DNA from: Antedon mediterranea
Taxonomy: Eukaryota > Animalia > Echinodermata
DNA: 64,000 nucleotides
Assembly: GCF_964355755.1 (NCBI RefSeq)
Contig: NC_092676.1
Location: 25,810,871-25,874,870, forward strand
Direction of reading: 5' to 3'
Part shown: positions 37,901-50,900 of the stretch, piece after piece
Layout: every line of letters starts with the position of its first letter
Numbering within the stretch: position 1 is the stretch's first letter
Notes under the pieces: generated by a model
Told to the model about the DNA's origin: nothing
The model's input: only the letters and a program-made list of their open reading frames with translations
Database searches by the model: none
Position numbers and translations under genes: made by a program

Positions 37901-40900
37901 ATGATAGTTTTAAATGGTATTGTGTAATAGTTAACAAATCTGGAAGCTTACAACATGGAATTGTAGTGAAAAAACATTCTTAAAACTATTTTATAAATTG
38001 TAGTACTTATAGGAACTTGGTGTATATCCTGTATATTATTGTAAAACAGTACTTGAATTTGGCATGTACCTGTATTATTTATTTATGAATGGCGTTCATC
38101 ATGCGATTCAAGGAATATGGTTCTTTTAATAACATTTTTCCCCGTCTGTTATCATTTTTGATAGTGAAAAGCGGTCTGTAACGAATGAGAACAGTGAAAC
38201 AGTAAAGAATCATCTTGAAGAATTTTCATCTCCAAATGTAAGTTTAATATTAGACTAGAATTAGAATCTTCTTTTCGGGGTATACATTATAAATTTAATC
38301 TCTAAACACAGTTAAAAAAGGGATAAATAGACCACCCAGCAACAATGATAAAATAATCAAAGAGTATACAGTATAGATGAGAAAATCTAGAGAGTTTATC
38401 TAAACTATATTTTTAGTAGGTAGATAATTTTTTGTAATTGACACCATTTTTTTTTAAAGGAACCTGATTTAAATAACGTAGCAGAAGAATTATGCAATTC
38501 AATTGACCTATCTGTGTTTCCTGGAAGAGGTATTTATTAAAACTTTCTCAAAACTTGAACAAAATTAAATGCCCGAAAATATCAGGTATTCCGTAAAATA
38601 CAATACCACTTTAAACCATGGTTCATAACTATGTTTTACTATAATTTACTAATTTATAAAAATAATGATAATCCTTTTTTTTTTATAGATTTATTTTTAG
38701 AAATACAAACGGAGCTTATGAAGACTTTAGCAATTAAGTAAGTCTTGTATTTTTCATTCAAAGTGAAGATTAAAAATAAATATCGAAAGAATATTTAAAA
38801 ATCTATTAAAAAAACACTCTAAAGGTAAAGGTGAGTCCCGTGTTCATTCTGAACGTAGGGGAATGAGCTGTTAGGAGCTCATTGTACTAAGCCTGGGCAT
38901 TATGTGGTAGGGTGGCCAGTTCTTTTCCACGCCACCTTTTTCTCTCTAGCATTTTCAACCAGGTACTCATTTTACAGCTGAGTGAACTGGGAGTTGTTGG
39001 GAATTGAACCCGGGTCTCTCTGTATGATAGTCAAGTGTCCTAACCACTCGGCTGCCCAACTCCAAACACTCTATATATTCTGTAAAATGTTTTTTAGAAT
39101 TCTACAGATTTATTTAATTGTACGAATGGTGTAGATTTATTAGATGCTGAGATCCTTAGTAATTAATACAGTTTTTTTTTAAATTAATTGATACATAATT
39201 TTACTTTCTATGGACCAGAGATTCTAAAATAAAACATTGAATGAATTAATTAATTATATTTTATTATTATTATTAATAGTTCTAGAATGACTCCCAGTAA
39301 GTTGACTCCAGCCATCAAACAGCAAGCAAGAAACTCACAATCTGCGAGAAGAAATCTACACACTTTGTTGTCAAGTGCAGGTAAAAGTAATTTTCCTCAA
39401 GCTTAACTGGAAACTGAGAAAATTTGGATTAGAAGCCCTCCATGTGCCAACACCAGCTAGCAGTGCAGGCCTACCAAATCAGCACACTGGGAGACGATCC
39501 CCTACTTATTGCAAATAATGTACTTTTTCATTGTTTTTCTTATTTTTATGCCTGTTCATCTCTGAAATTGCTTTTGCTACTCATTATTTTTAATCATGAA
39601 GAAAATTTGTTTTTATTTTATGTGGAAGAAATAAATGTTGATTTGATTGATTGATTGATTGAACTTTAACATACACTATATACATGTGACCAACGACTTT
39701 AGGTCCCATCCGAAGCATGGTTAAATGAGTTGTATTTACAATAAACATTATTTTTGTATTTATGTGTAGAACAACTTCCACATCATAGCGATGTGCAAGA
39801 ATCACATTCGGAAACTTGTACTAGTGGTGAAATCACAACAAACTTTGACCCAACGAAGAGCATGACCAGTATTTTTCACACAAGGTCTAGGCGAAAAGAT
39901 GATGTCAGTAAGTTAGAGTACATAAAGTATGATGATGCAAGTAATTTACAATGTACAAAGTTTAGGACAAGAGAAAATACAAGGAATGTACCATGTACAC
40001 AGTCTAGGCCTGATGGTAAGTGTAGTATAGGTTCTAGACAATTCATTTTATTGGTAAAAAGATAATTTTGGCACACAAGGTGTTTCATTCATTTATGTAC
40101 AATACAATGATATTGAAATGACTAGAATACAATAACTAACTAAAGCTCTGTCTACACTATCAAACTTTATGTTACAAAAAAATGTGATGTGGCCATATAT
40201 GGACATGATGATGTCATATCACTACCATATTTGGGCATATCACTGCAATATTTGGGAATATTACTACCATGTTTGATAGTACAGCACTTGATATCTATCC
40301 TCTGTATATCAATTTCAAAGAATATATTACCATGTACAAAATCTAGGCCTGATAATAAGTGTAGTCTAGGTTCTAGACGATGATTCACTTCATTGGTAAA
40401 AAGATAAATAAATATTTTGGCACACAAGGCGTTTCATATGTATAATACTTGAGCTAACAAATTAATATTGAAACGCCGACTAGAATACTGACAAACATAA
40501 AATCGACAATAACTAATTCTAAAGCTCTGTCTACACTATCAAACTTGATGATGACATCATATTACTACCATATTTGGGCACATCACTCTTTTTTTTGTCA
40601 AACTTGATAGTTTAGACAGAGCTTTACGGTGTACCATTTCAATTCAGATGAACCTGCTTTTAGTCTCTTCCATGAGGACAACGAAAATTACAGTAGTCAT
40701 GGAAACAGAAATCAGGTATGGTATGTTTGGATTTTGATTAGTGTTTGTGAAATCAGAAAGTCGCTAAATTATAGATTACTCTTCACTTACTTTTGCCACA
40801 GATTCAAACAGTAAGTAATTTTACGACAGCAACAACGCTTCTAGATTTTGCTGAGAGCAGCCATCACCAGGGAAATGATAGAGAAACAGATTGTGGTCTA

Positions 40901-41723
40901 AGCGCAATGAACATGATTAGAAAAAATGAGCAGTCTTCATTGCAAGCACACGATGCAGTTTCTACACAGGTATACAATGAGCCAAACATATATATATATA
41001 TATATATATAAATCGTGGTAAATTTAACGCAGATCATGAAAGCGAAAGTGCTCGATACAAAATGTAGAGCCAAATATAGAGCCAAGCACCTGAAGATTGA
41101 GTTCATACTCATGAAACAGCCTGTAGTGCAATAAAATGTTCAGTTGGTAATTTACTAGCGTCTTTATCATTTATTTATATATATATATATATAACGTAAT
41201 CTCTGTAAGCGAGAGTATACATCACAAGATATACAAATGTCAGAAAAAATATTCTAGCCAAAATGATTAAAATCTGTCTTTTTTTATTAAATTTCAGATG
41301 CCATATGGTAGCAGTTTGGATTTTCTTGATGAGCTAGATAAAGGTCCATTGCATAGCACTGTACCTCAATCACAATTTGACCCACGACAACAACACTATT
41401 CGGAAACAAGGGCCAGCTTTTTTTCTCCAGAAGAATTCAACCTCGCCAATCCAAACTTGATGACAAACACGGAAGATCTATTCTACGAGCCTGCTCTCTT
41501 TCCCGAAATTTCACCAATGAAAGGCAGCGTTTATCCCAAGGTCAAAGGTCATCATAAGGTCAAAGGTCATCATAAGGTCAAAGGTAATCACAAGAGAAGG
41601 TGTTGGCATGTGGATAGTGACAGTGATGATTCACCAGTCCTCTGCTATAAGTGTTTGGATCACATTAAACCTCCAGATGTGGATGGTTACTCTCCAAAAT
41701 TTCATCCCCAAAAAATGTATTAA
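34986..41723 (+). CDS. PRR19: PRR19-like protein (divergent, mostly low-complexity), ~15 exons
   Basis: Phase-consistent approximate exons 34986-35085, 35273-35338, 35675-35883, 36383-36445, 36778-36843, 36941-36992, 37471-37666, 38165-38237, 38460-38529, 38689-38737, 39280-39380, 39770-40014, 40648-40715, 40802-40969, 41298-41723. Motifs KKRKSRGERNK, ITQNRLTRKLGLYNQGKKS, VAEELCNSIDLSVFPGRDLFLEIQTELMKTL and C-terminal FHPQKMY* resemble, from recall, conserved blocks of vertebrate PRR19. Confidence 0.65.
35365..35534. mobile_element. hAT-like MITE
   Basis: CAGGGCCGTAGC...GCTATGGCCTTG imperfect TIR; TSD not evident. Confidence 0.45.
37008..37198. mobile_element. Tc1/mariner (Tigger-like) MITE
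   Basis: TA|CAGTAAACTCTCCCATTATCGGACAC...GTGTCCGGTATTGGGAGAGTTGACTG|TA; a related copy lies at ~21690-21860. Confidence 0.82.
38820..39062 (-). mobile_element. tRNA-derived SINE with Meta-like domain
   Basis: Minus strand: A box (GCCGAGTGG), B box (GGTTCAATTCC), CCAGTTCACTCAGCTGTAAAATGAGTACCTGG and a CCTTTACCTTT tail; AAACACTCTA flanks both ends as a probable TSD. Confidence 0.75.
40144..40282. mobile_element. MITE family A copy, part of a local duplication
   Basis: Left TIR plus core. Confidence 0.85.
40523..40623. mobile_element. MITE family A copy, internally deleted
   Basis: Both TIRs. Confidence 0.85.
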
Positions 41724-42537
41724 CTATTAACTATTACTGTGTTGTCTGTTGCTCTGTGAAATGTATATCAAAAGAAACCCGCTCTGTTTAAAAAGTTAAT
41801 ATTTAATTATAAATTTAGTGAAAATAATTATAGATCCAAATTTTCCAAATTAATTCTGTAAATGATTGTAAATACGGTACCTTTTAGTAAAAAAAAACCA
41901 CATAAAAACCTGCCCAAATTTGCTATTTTGAACTTGAACTAAAGGCATGATATATACTGTATAAAGGTTTATGATATAAACATTTACTAGAATACCTATA
42001 CCAGTCGCTAGCCACTATGTAGTGTTGTTTTGAATCACAAACCATACTTAATATAAAGATAATATAAACAAGATAAATAAAATTAGTTAGAGACGTTGAC
42101 AGAGTCTTGTGGCATATTTGTAGCACTCCTCTCCAATTAACATTAATAATTAATTATATAAACTTGAGGCAAAACAAGTTAAATAATGAAAAGAAAACTG
42201 AATTTATTGGATTTTAATCAACCTGTCTATGTACAGACCATGCACATTTATAATATATATTACATATTTACAAATTGAATACATATATTAAATGGAATCT
42301 TTTTATTCCTTCAATAAAACTGAAAATCAACAATTTGGGTGGCCGCTTACAATATTGAGATACGCATGACCATTTTTGTAACATTGGCCTGGCCTGTAGT
42401 GTGGTGGTTTAAAATAACACTGGTTAATTAATAGTGTTTAAATTATTTAAATAAATGCATTTTACAGCATTAAATAGCCCAGTTATGGAAATTAATTATG
42501 TATAGTGTAGTTAATTACTTAATTAGTAATACAATGA

Positions 42538-45500
42538 CTATGGTTTCCAGGTGATAACTTTAACAGCAATTTCAGCAGCTTTCCTGACTGCTTCAGTCTG
42601 TTCAAGGTCTTTGTTAGTCTTTATCTCAATCTGTAAAAAGAATGAGCCAATGAAAATGCAGTAGAACCTCTATTAATGGGGCACAACAAAGTGTCCATTT
42701 AGGGGTGTCTCCTGAATAGTGGTGCTCCCTTAATAGGGTTAACCTTAGTTTAAAAATATAGTATTTCCTCTTTTTTCTTGGGGAAAGTGTCCCCTTAATA
42801 GAGGTATCTCCTGAATAGTGATTGGCTATTTAGTATTAAAACATCTCATATTTCCCTTCCTTTCTCTAGAAAGTGTCCCCATAACTGGGGTATCTTCTGA
42901 ATAGATTAGGCTATTTAGTATTAAACATATAATATTGCCCTTCATCCCCTGTATCTCCCAAATAGTGGTTGGCTATTTAATATTAACAACATATAATATT
43001 TTGCCCTTCCTTTCTCAGGAAAGTGTCCTCTTAATAGGGGTTTCCCACAGAAAGGGTTCAACGGTAGATCAGTATTTAACATTACTTACTCTGTCAACAT
43101 ATTTTAATAATTCTTTTCTTGCCTGCGGAGCCTCTGACAAAGTTGTAATTGCCTGAATATATCAAAATGAAAAAGTTAATTCTTACAAAGTTTTTTAACA
43201 TGGCACCAACTTTCAGAACCAATAACATTGTTTCATAGTATTATTCAATTAATATCGTTGCTGGGAAGTTTACAGTTTAATTTAAATGTAGGCAAAAAAA
43301 TTATCACAATTATGAAAAATACCTTGATAGCATTGATTCTAACTTCACTGCTTGGGTCACCAACAAGGCTGACGAGGGGTGGGATAGCATCTGCCTTCAA
43401 AGCACTGTACTTTCCTTTCGTTGTTATAGTTATACTAAAATACCACAAATACAAAATACAATCAATCTTATTTCGATCACAATCACACACACAAAAAAAT
43501 ATTAAGATGGAGTAGGATGTACAACAGGTAAAGCCTGAAAAACATTTTACACCTACAAGTTATGACAGGAGTAGTACAGTACTAGTAAAACAGAGTGATA
43601 TTTATAAAAACAAATCTTGAAACATTCATGTTCATTGCCACTTTTAAGCTCTGTCTAGTTTGACAAACTAGTGTGATGTCCCAAATATTATAGTGATATT
43701 CCCAAATATGGTAGTGATATTACATCATCATGTCCATGTATATATACACATCACATTTTTTTGTCACATAAAGTTTAATAGTGTAGACAGAGCTTAACAA
43801 CATGTTATTCAAGAATTCAGCCATATGTGATTAAGAAAAGATTATTCTTACGTTGCTATGGCTCCCGACGCTTTTGCTCGGACATCAGTGTCACTGTCTT
43901 TGAGAAGTTTCACAAGGTCAACTAAACTGTTACATTCACATGCTTTGTTCTTACCATCCAGAGGAACACTAAAAAAAATAATAATAATTTATTACACTTA
44001 CTATAAATGTTTTAAATTTGTTTCGATTATATTACTAAAGCTCTGTCTATTCAGGTACTGTACTATCAAACTAGTTTGAAAAAAAAAGGGGGGTGATGTC
44101 CCCAAATATGGTAGTAGTGATACAGTATGATGTCATCGTTTTTATATATGGGCACATCACACCTTTTCTGTCACATAAAATTTGATAGTGTAGACAAAAG
44201 CTTAAGACAATACACTACAATACGCAATATGTATTTAAAAAAATTATTTTACCAGAAATCCCCATTGTCAATTTTTGTTATTATCCCCTAGTATGACATA
44301 TAAATACAACTGCATGGAGTGATATTACTGCAGTAATGGTAAATGTGTGTGTACCTCAAGTCCATTATGTCCCTAGCTGCCTTAGCTCGGATTACAGGGG
44401 ACTGATGTTTTAATAATTCTGTAAACACTTCCATTCCACCCGCTATTAGTGCTTGAATCTGCTCTAACCTCATACAAAAATGCAAAGTATCCAAAATGTA
44501 TTCCTGTCAATAAAAAGTAAATTAAATTTAACTTATGTCATGCAAGTAGGGCTAAACATTATCAGTTAATGATCCCGAAATTTGAGACTACAAAATAAAG
44601 ATCTACAATACAAAGTATCTAAAAAAGCAACAACAAACAACTTAACAAATATAGATAAAAATGGCAATTTCTAATTCGTCCTAATAATAATTTAAAGATG
44701 TATTGTCCCTTGAAACACAAAAAATGAAGGTTAAAATATTCTAAATTTAAATTGGCCATATCAAAGTAATATTAAAGTTATTCGCTTTAAGTCGAAAATT
44801 CGAGCCAAAAACAACAAGTTTACATAATTAACAGGAAAATTAGTTGGATTACATTTCGTCTGGAAAATTGTCGCGAGCGAAAGTAAACAAAGATTTCAAA
44901 CCCCTAGTATGCATTATGCATGATGTTAATTAGGATTGTTTTCAACTTGTCACGGTTGAGAAGGTGTTCTCACACAGATCGCAAGGAAGTTTTTTTGATT
45001 ATGCATACAGAGTACCAAAAACAAGCACATTATGAGATATGTTTTGATTAAAAGTAATTTTTTGAACAAAAAAAGGTCTGTATATCAGTTAAATGATTTT
45101 TTTTCCGACTAATTTTTGGTGAAACTAAAGTTAATAACTATTAGTATTATGATACTTCAAAATGACCAACCTTTTTTTCAAAATCTTTTTTTTTTGGTTT
45201 TTTTTTTTGGAATTAGTCAAAGGGACAATACATCTTTAAACTCTATATAATTTTGTTTTTTTTACGGATTATATTTATGAATCTATATTGTCCTTTTTTT
45301 ATGTTGTTTGACAGCTTGACTGTCCTTCAATAAAACTTTTTGTAACAAAAAGTGTGATGTGCCCAAATATGTTATGATATGACATCATCATGTCCATATA
45401 TTATCACATCGCATTTTTTTGTCACATAAAGTTTGATAGTGTAGACAAGCCTTTACCTTAATATCATCTACTTCAATTTTGAGTTTATCAACAAGGATTG

Positions 45501-46423
45501 GAATTAGGCTTGCTTCAACCATACCCTCTGCTCCCGGGTAAAACTCGCATAGCATTTCAATTGCCATGTGCGTATTTTTTCGTACTATGTACACATCATC
45601 GTCAAACAGCCTTGACAGAGGAATGATGATGCTTTCATCTATAAAGGCATCGCGCCCGCTATTGTGTCCTAAAAATAATAAGTTAAAAAATATTATAGTT
45701 ACAATATGTTTTCTATAGAAATAGCCTAGGCCTCCAGTCAATCTGGTTTTGAGTTGACATTTAATTATTTATTACTTTAATTAAAAAAATCATTTAAAAC
45801 TTTTTTTATTACGTACCGGAAATAATATAGAGAACTTCTGTTGTTTTATTTCTGACCGTTCCATCAGAATCTGTTAGAAGGGTTTTTAAACTTGACACAA
45901 CGCCTGTAATATAAAAAAATTAACGAGGGCCGACGATACTAATTTATTAAAAACTTGCAACACTAAAATGTGTTGCTTTCAAACATAGAGTACAACACAT
46001 AACAGTTGTTTGGTGACGCTTACCAACTTTTAATGCTTCAACTATATGCTCAGGATCATGAAGATAATCGCAAAGTGCCATCAATGCTCGTTGTCTTGTT
46101 ATCAATTCAGGATCATTTAATTCCGAGTTCTGTAAAAAAATTAAATTTAAAAATAAAATGAATAAAAAGTCTTTTAGTTTAGGCCTAGCCTAAAACCAGG
46201 CCTACTAGTACTAGTAACTACATCTAGGCCTAGAGCCTAGCTAGTTAAACAAAGCAAGTTAAGCAAGGCTACCTAGGCCAGGCCCTACTCTAGCCTAGGA
46301 GGGGCCTACTAGGCCTAGACCTTTACTCACCAGCTTAGGAAGTGCTCTATCGCCGTACGCAAGTGGTGCTTTAGTTGGGTCAATATTTGGTGGAAGACGA
46401 GCAGATATTCTTGACGTTGCCAT
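42538..46423 (-). CDS. RSPH14: Radial spoke head protein 14 homolog (RTDR1), armadillo repeats, 9 exons
   Basis: Approximate exons 46331-46423 (MATSRISARLPPNIDPTKAPLAYGDRALPKL), 46024-46129 (LITRQRALMALCDYLHDPE), 45817-45903, 45457-45668, 44355-44503, 43852-43968, 43323-43434, 43089-43152, 42538-42630 (AAEIAVKVITWKP*). Confidence 0.93.
42659..43063. mobile_element. Tc1/mariner-like MITE with internal AAAGTGTCCCC/CCTGAATAG repeats
   Basis: CAGTAGAACCTCT...AAGGGTTCAACGG termini; related fragments at ~22980-23165, 31357-31500 and 56605-56690. Confidence 0.55.
43647..43794. mobile_element. MITE family A copy
   Basis: Both TIRs. Confidence 0.88.
44039..44202. mobile_element. MITE family A copy
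   Basis: Both TIRs, small indels. Confidence 0.85.
44696..45235. mobile_element. Kolobok-like non-autonomous element (TTAA TSD)
   Basis: TTAA|AGATGTATTGTCCCTT...AAGGGACAATACATCT|TTAA; same TIR as 34631-34975; a solo left end is at 48139. Confidence 0.82.
45332..45452. mobile_element. MITE family A copy abutting an RSPH14 splice donor
   Basis: Right TIR ends 2 nt from the GT (minus strand AAG|GTAAAGGCTTGTCTACACTATCAAAC). Confidence 0.85.
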
Positions 46424-47100
46424 AATAATGGTGAAGACTCAAATATATTAATATAATGTAAAATAATTGATTTTGAATAAAATTCAGAAGGTGGTGTGTA
46501 AAACTGCATTAGCTCAACACAAAACCTGTTTTTTAACACATCACGTCGTTAGTTTTTTCGGTATTATTGTTGATTGTTGCTAGGTTTGGGAATGTGCACA
46601 TGCGCATTCCGGCTACACAGATTCCACATCAGCATGTACCCCCTCTAGAGTTCAAGCATTTTTCCAACATTTTTAACTACACAATACATTTTTATTACAA
46701 ACCGAATTTTATGCCTTTTGGATTTGTTTTCTACTATTTTTACCTTCTTTCAAGTGTTTTGTAATTGTTTTCTTGTTTTGCCCTGCATATGATTGGTCCT
46801 CCAAGTTTTACCCTGGGATGTTTGTTACATTCTTATGTATTTTTATTTGAATTAAAAGATGATGACGATAAATTATTAATTTAAATTATAATTAATTAGT
46901 AACAACTACACACATGAAAGTCGGCTCTTCATACCTAGTCTGAGCGAAAGTTTATTTTGAATACATAATAATCATACAACTTAGTCCTGGTAACTCCATT
47001 ATTTGAAGATAGTGTTATACATAATCAGTTTATTGGTTTTAACAATGATTTCTTAGATTAAGTTCTTTGTGGATATGGATCCTGGTATTCCGAAATAAAA

Positions 47101-47172
47101 GATGAATGAATGAATGAACGAACGAACGAACGAACGAACGAATGAATTGATGGATGAATGAATTAATGAATG
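47101..47172. repeat. (GAAT)n/(GAAC)n microsatellite
   Basis: Direct inspection. Confidence 0.85.
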
Positions 47173-47912
47173 TTAAATGAAATGTTAACAGGGGATTTAG
47201 TATGAAATAAAAGCGGGACGAACCCACAAGTGACTAACGAATAAAATAGGACCTACTAATAATGATATTATTAATAGAAAAAGAAAAGTAGTCTGGCATT
47301 TATAATACTGATTAATAGATTACATAGCGATTGTACAGTCATGGTAATTAAGATGTGTGATGATTCTTTTTTAAATAAATCGGCCTATCTGGAAGGTGTA
47401 TACTAAATTTTGCTTAAATTTTGGAATTTAATTAATATTAGATAACCTTGCATACCCAAATTATACTTGTTAATAATATGCATAATTATACAATGCTTTA
47501 TAATATACGGACGGAATATACCGATTTAATTGCGCCAGTTGTGCCAAAACAAACCAACTCAACATCTGCTGCGCGCGAAAACCCAAACAGCTGATAATAT
47601 CTTTTTATTTTAATCTTTATTCAGGCAATTATTGCTCTTACAAATGTCACTCTTTACAAATCATTAATTGATTAAATTAATTAATTTCAAAGAAAACAAT
47701 AGAGAATGTAATAATGATATTGTAATGATCCTTTTTCTGCTGACGGAAGCCATTATGCGCAGTATATAATTAAGCTCTTGAGATTTTAGATTTAGAGACT
47801 ATCGATACTTCAACGAGTTTACAAGTGGTCGAGTCAAGACCATTAACTGTTTTTAAATAGATTAAGTAGAAGAGGACAACTTGTTTTTTGGACACATCAG
47901 GGGTCAACCAAT

Positions 47913-50900
47913 ATGGGTATCTCCATAATACCCGTAGTGTTTGCTATATGTATAATTGTTCCAGCGGGCTTAGCGCAAACACCTCCAAGGTAAGAACGTC
48001 AAGTTTATCGTATTCATGTGTTTTTGGGGGTAGAAATATTTCCTTTAGTTTATGAATTTTACCCAAGTTCTTAAGTTATTCATTTTTTAATACATTTATT
48101 TGTTGTTTGTATATTTTTTCAATTGTATTTTTTGTTAAAGATGTATTCTCCTACACAAAAATGAAGACTTTGAATATGCCATTTTAATATTTTGAAATAA
48201 AGTTAATAACTTACTTCGAAAAAAAACATGTTTTCACTTATAAAAAGTTCAACCATAAACCTATCTGGCAACCAATTTGACTATTGCCTTAAATTACAAT
48301 TTTTTTAGTTCAAATTTTTGATCTAACTGAATAACTATTAAAACAAACATTTTTATAAATTTTTTTTTAAAATTTGTATATAAGTCGTATCGACTGTGAC
48401 GTGTCATGAATAATTTTAAAGTTCTACTATAGAAAGTTTGTGTAATATAGAGGGCGTAATCCCGCGGAAAATTTAAAGGCCATAGATCTTTGATTCTATA
48501 CGCAAAACGCATTGCGCAGTTAGTTATAGATAAAAAATGCAATAGATTTAAGGCGGTAAATGATGCTTAACAGGCCTACAAAAATTAACCATAGGCGCTA
48601 ATAATAATCGTAATTTCACCTCCTTTGTGTTAGAGATAGGTTTAGGCGGTCTTAGGCCAGGCTAGTTAAAAATGCATTTTTATTAGGCCTAACTAGTAGG
48701 CCTAGCCTAGGCCTAGGAGGCCCTAACTAGGCCCTACTACTACTATAGGCCTAGTAGTAGGCTAGTAGGCCTATATTATTAATATAAATAAGGTAGGCCT
48801 AGGCCAGCCAGGCCAGGCCCAACTAGCCTAGTCATTAGGCTAATGATAAGGCCTACCTACCTATAGTATAGAGGCTCTAGCCGGGGCTAGTTAATTAAGG
48901 TCTGGCTTTAGTATAAAACGCCATCATAATAATACAGTTAGGCCTAGGCTATATGAACTAATGTTTTCCGCCCTGTTTTGTCTCATTTTTTGCTCGGCAT
49001 TTAATATTAATTATCTTATTTGTTTAGCGAGAGCCATTACTGCCCTCAAGTGGATTTTCAAAATGTAACAGAGACCGACACTGTGGCGTGTGCTGATATT
49101 GGCAGTTCTGCCGTAGTGGATGAAGGATGGTTAGCAGACACCGGAAAATCTGTATTCTCTGACGAAAATGACGTCCTTACGTGCCATATATACAGGTAAC
49201 AATATTTGAATTTCTTTTCTTTTGATTGATAAATAAAGTTTAAGATTATTTCAAAACTTTTTTAGTTATAAAGTTTGTCAACTTTGTGTGAAATACTATC
49301 TATCAGTAACCTATTTTTTAAAATAAAAAGTAATTTAATCAATAATCTACTTTTCATGGTATTTTTGTTCTGGTATGCAATTTGTATAAAATATGTAAAA
49401 CCCAAATATAAAACAGGCCAAGTAATATCAATTAAAATGCATGTCTTTTCAGAGTCATTGAAAAAGAAGTAACCGTTCAAGTTTGTTGCGATGGCTGGGA
49501 AGGATCTGTCTGCGAGAAAGGTGAGCATGTGATTCTAACATCAGGCCTATTTTGTGTCAGGCCTATACTATGTCCCATACTTCATGTTCATCAGTTAAAT
49601 TATTATAAAGTTAATAAGTAAAATTTATTTTGTCCTACAGCAATTTGTGACCCAGAATGCTTGAACGGAGGTGTGTGCGTATCACCTGACACCTGTAGCT
49701 GCACGTCAGAATATGAGGGCGCTTACTGTCAAACTGAAATAGGTACATAAAATATGTGGTTTTCTATAGCATACATACTGTACTACTAATATAGGTTAGC
49801 TGCTACTAATCACACTGGATAAACAATACTAGATTTTACTGCTTAGAAGTGTGTCATATACTAGTGTTTTAATGAGCACACAATAGGATACTCAATTAAA
49901 ATATTTTTATGATGATATAAATAAGTAGTGTTTTTTTTTCTATTTTTTCAGCACAAGAAAATAATGAAGTTCAGTCTGGTAAGTAATAATAATTATAATT
50001 TAATTCGGTTACATTTTCAGGCCAAAAACATTTATTTTACTTTTTCAAAAGCTGTATGGTTATACAGGAACAATACAAATTTTAGCACTAAGAAACTGTG
50101 TACATTTGATCACAACTCTTTGACCATCTATTGTATTTAATTTTAAAACAATTAACTTATTTTTTTCTTGCCATTAAACTAATATCATTTCTAATTAATT
50201 AGTGTTTGATATGTACAGAATTTTAAAATTCATTTCTCTAAACTACAGAAGGCGATGATCTTGCGCAACGAGCGTATGCAACTTGCGTGTCATGGAACGG
50301 TGATCACTACCGTACATTTGACGGAACGTACTTCACATTTAATGGACAGTGCACATATACCTTTGCTTCTGATATGTACGGTGCATGGAGTATTCGTGTA
50401 AAGAATGTCGATTGCAATGATATTAATACTTGTCATAAGGTAAAATTAAATTTTTTTTGAATGTTTTTTTGTAGTTTGTACATGGACCTATTAATTAGGT
50501 AGTCCATGGTTCGTACAACTCAATGATGGGGTAAAACATAATAACACATAAATAAATTCCTGTCATTTTGGACGGTTGTGGGTCCCATGGTGTGCAATAG
50601 TATGTACTATTTAACGATCATATAATGGTACTTTTTTTTTTCATTTTTTCGTGTACATAAAAATGTTCTCGCGTACGAAATAGAATTTCACGACTATTAC
50701 TATGAACAAAACCTTTCATCATTCACCTCATGAAATTATTTGTACCACTCCACTCATCAACATTGATTATTTGTATATTAGTCATCCATTGATTAAAACA
50801 TTGTTCATGCTTTAAGTGACAATTTTATTTAAAAAAACTGTTATATAGGGAAATTGATAAGCCTAGCTGAAAATGATAATTACATTCTCAACATATCTTT

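Noticed and set aside
41537-41590. KVKGHH x3 repeat (AAGGTCAAAGGTCATCAT) resembling nuclear-receptor DR1 sites
   Set aside because: It lies in coding sequence as an 18-bp in-frame tandem repeat; no evidence for a regulatory role.
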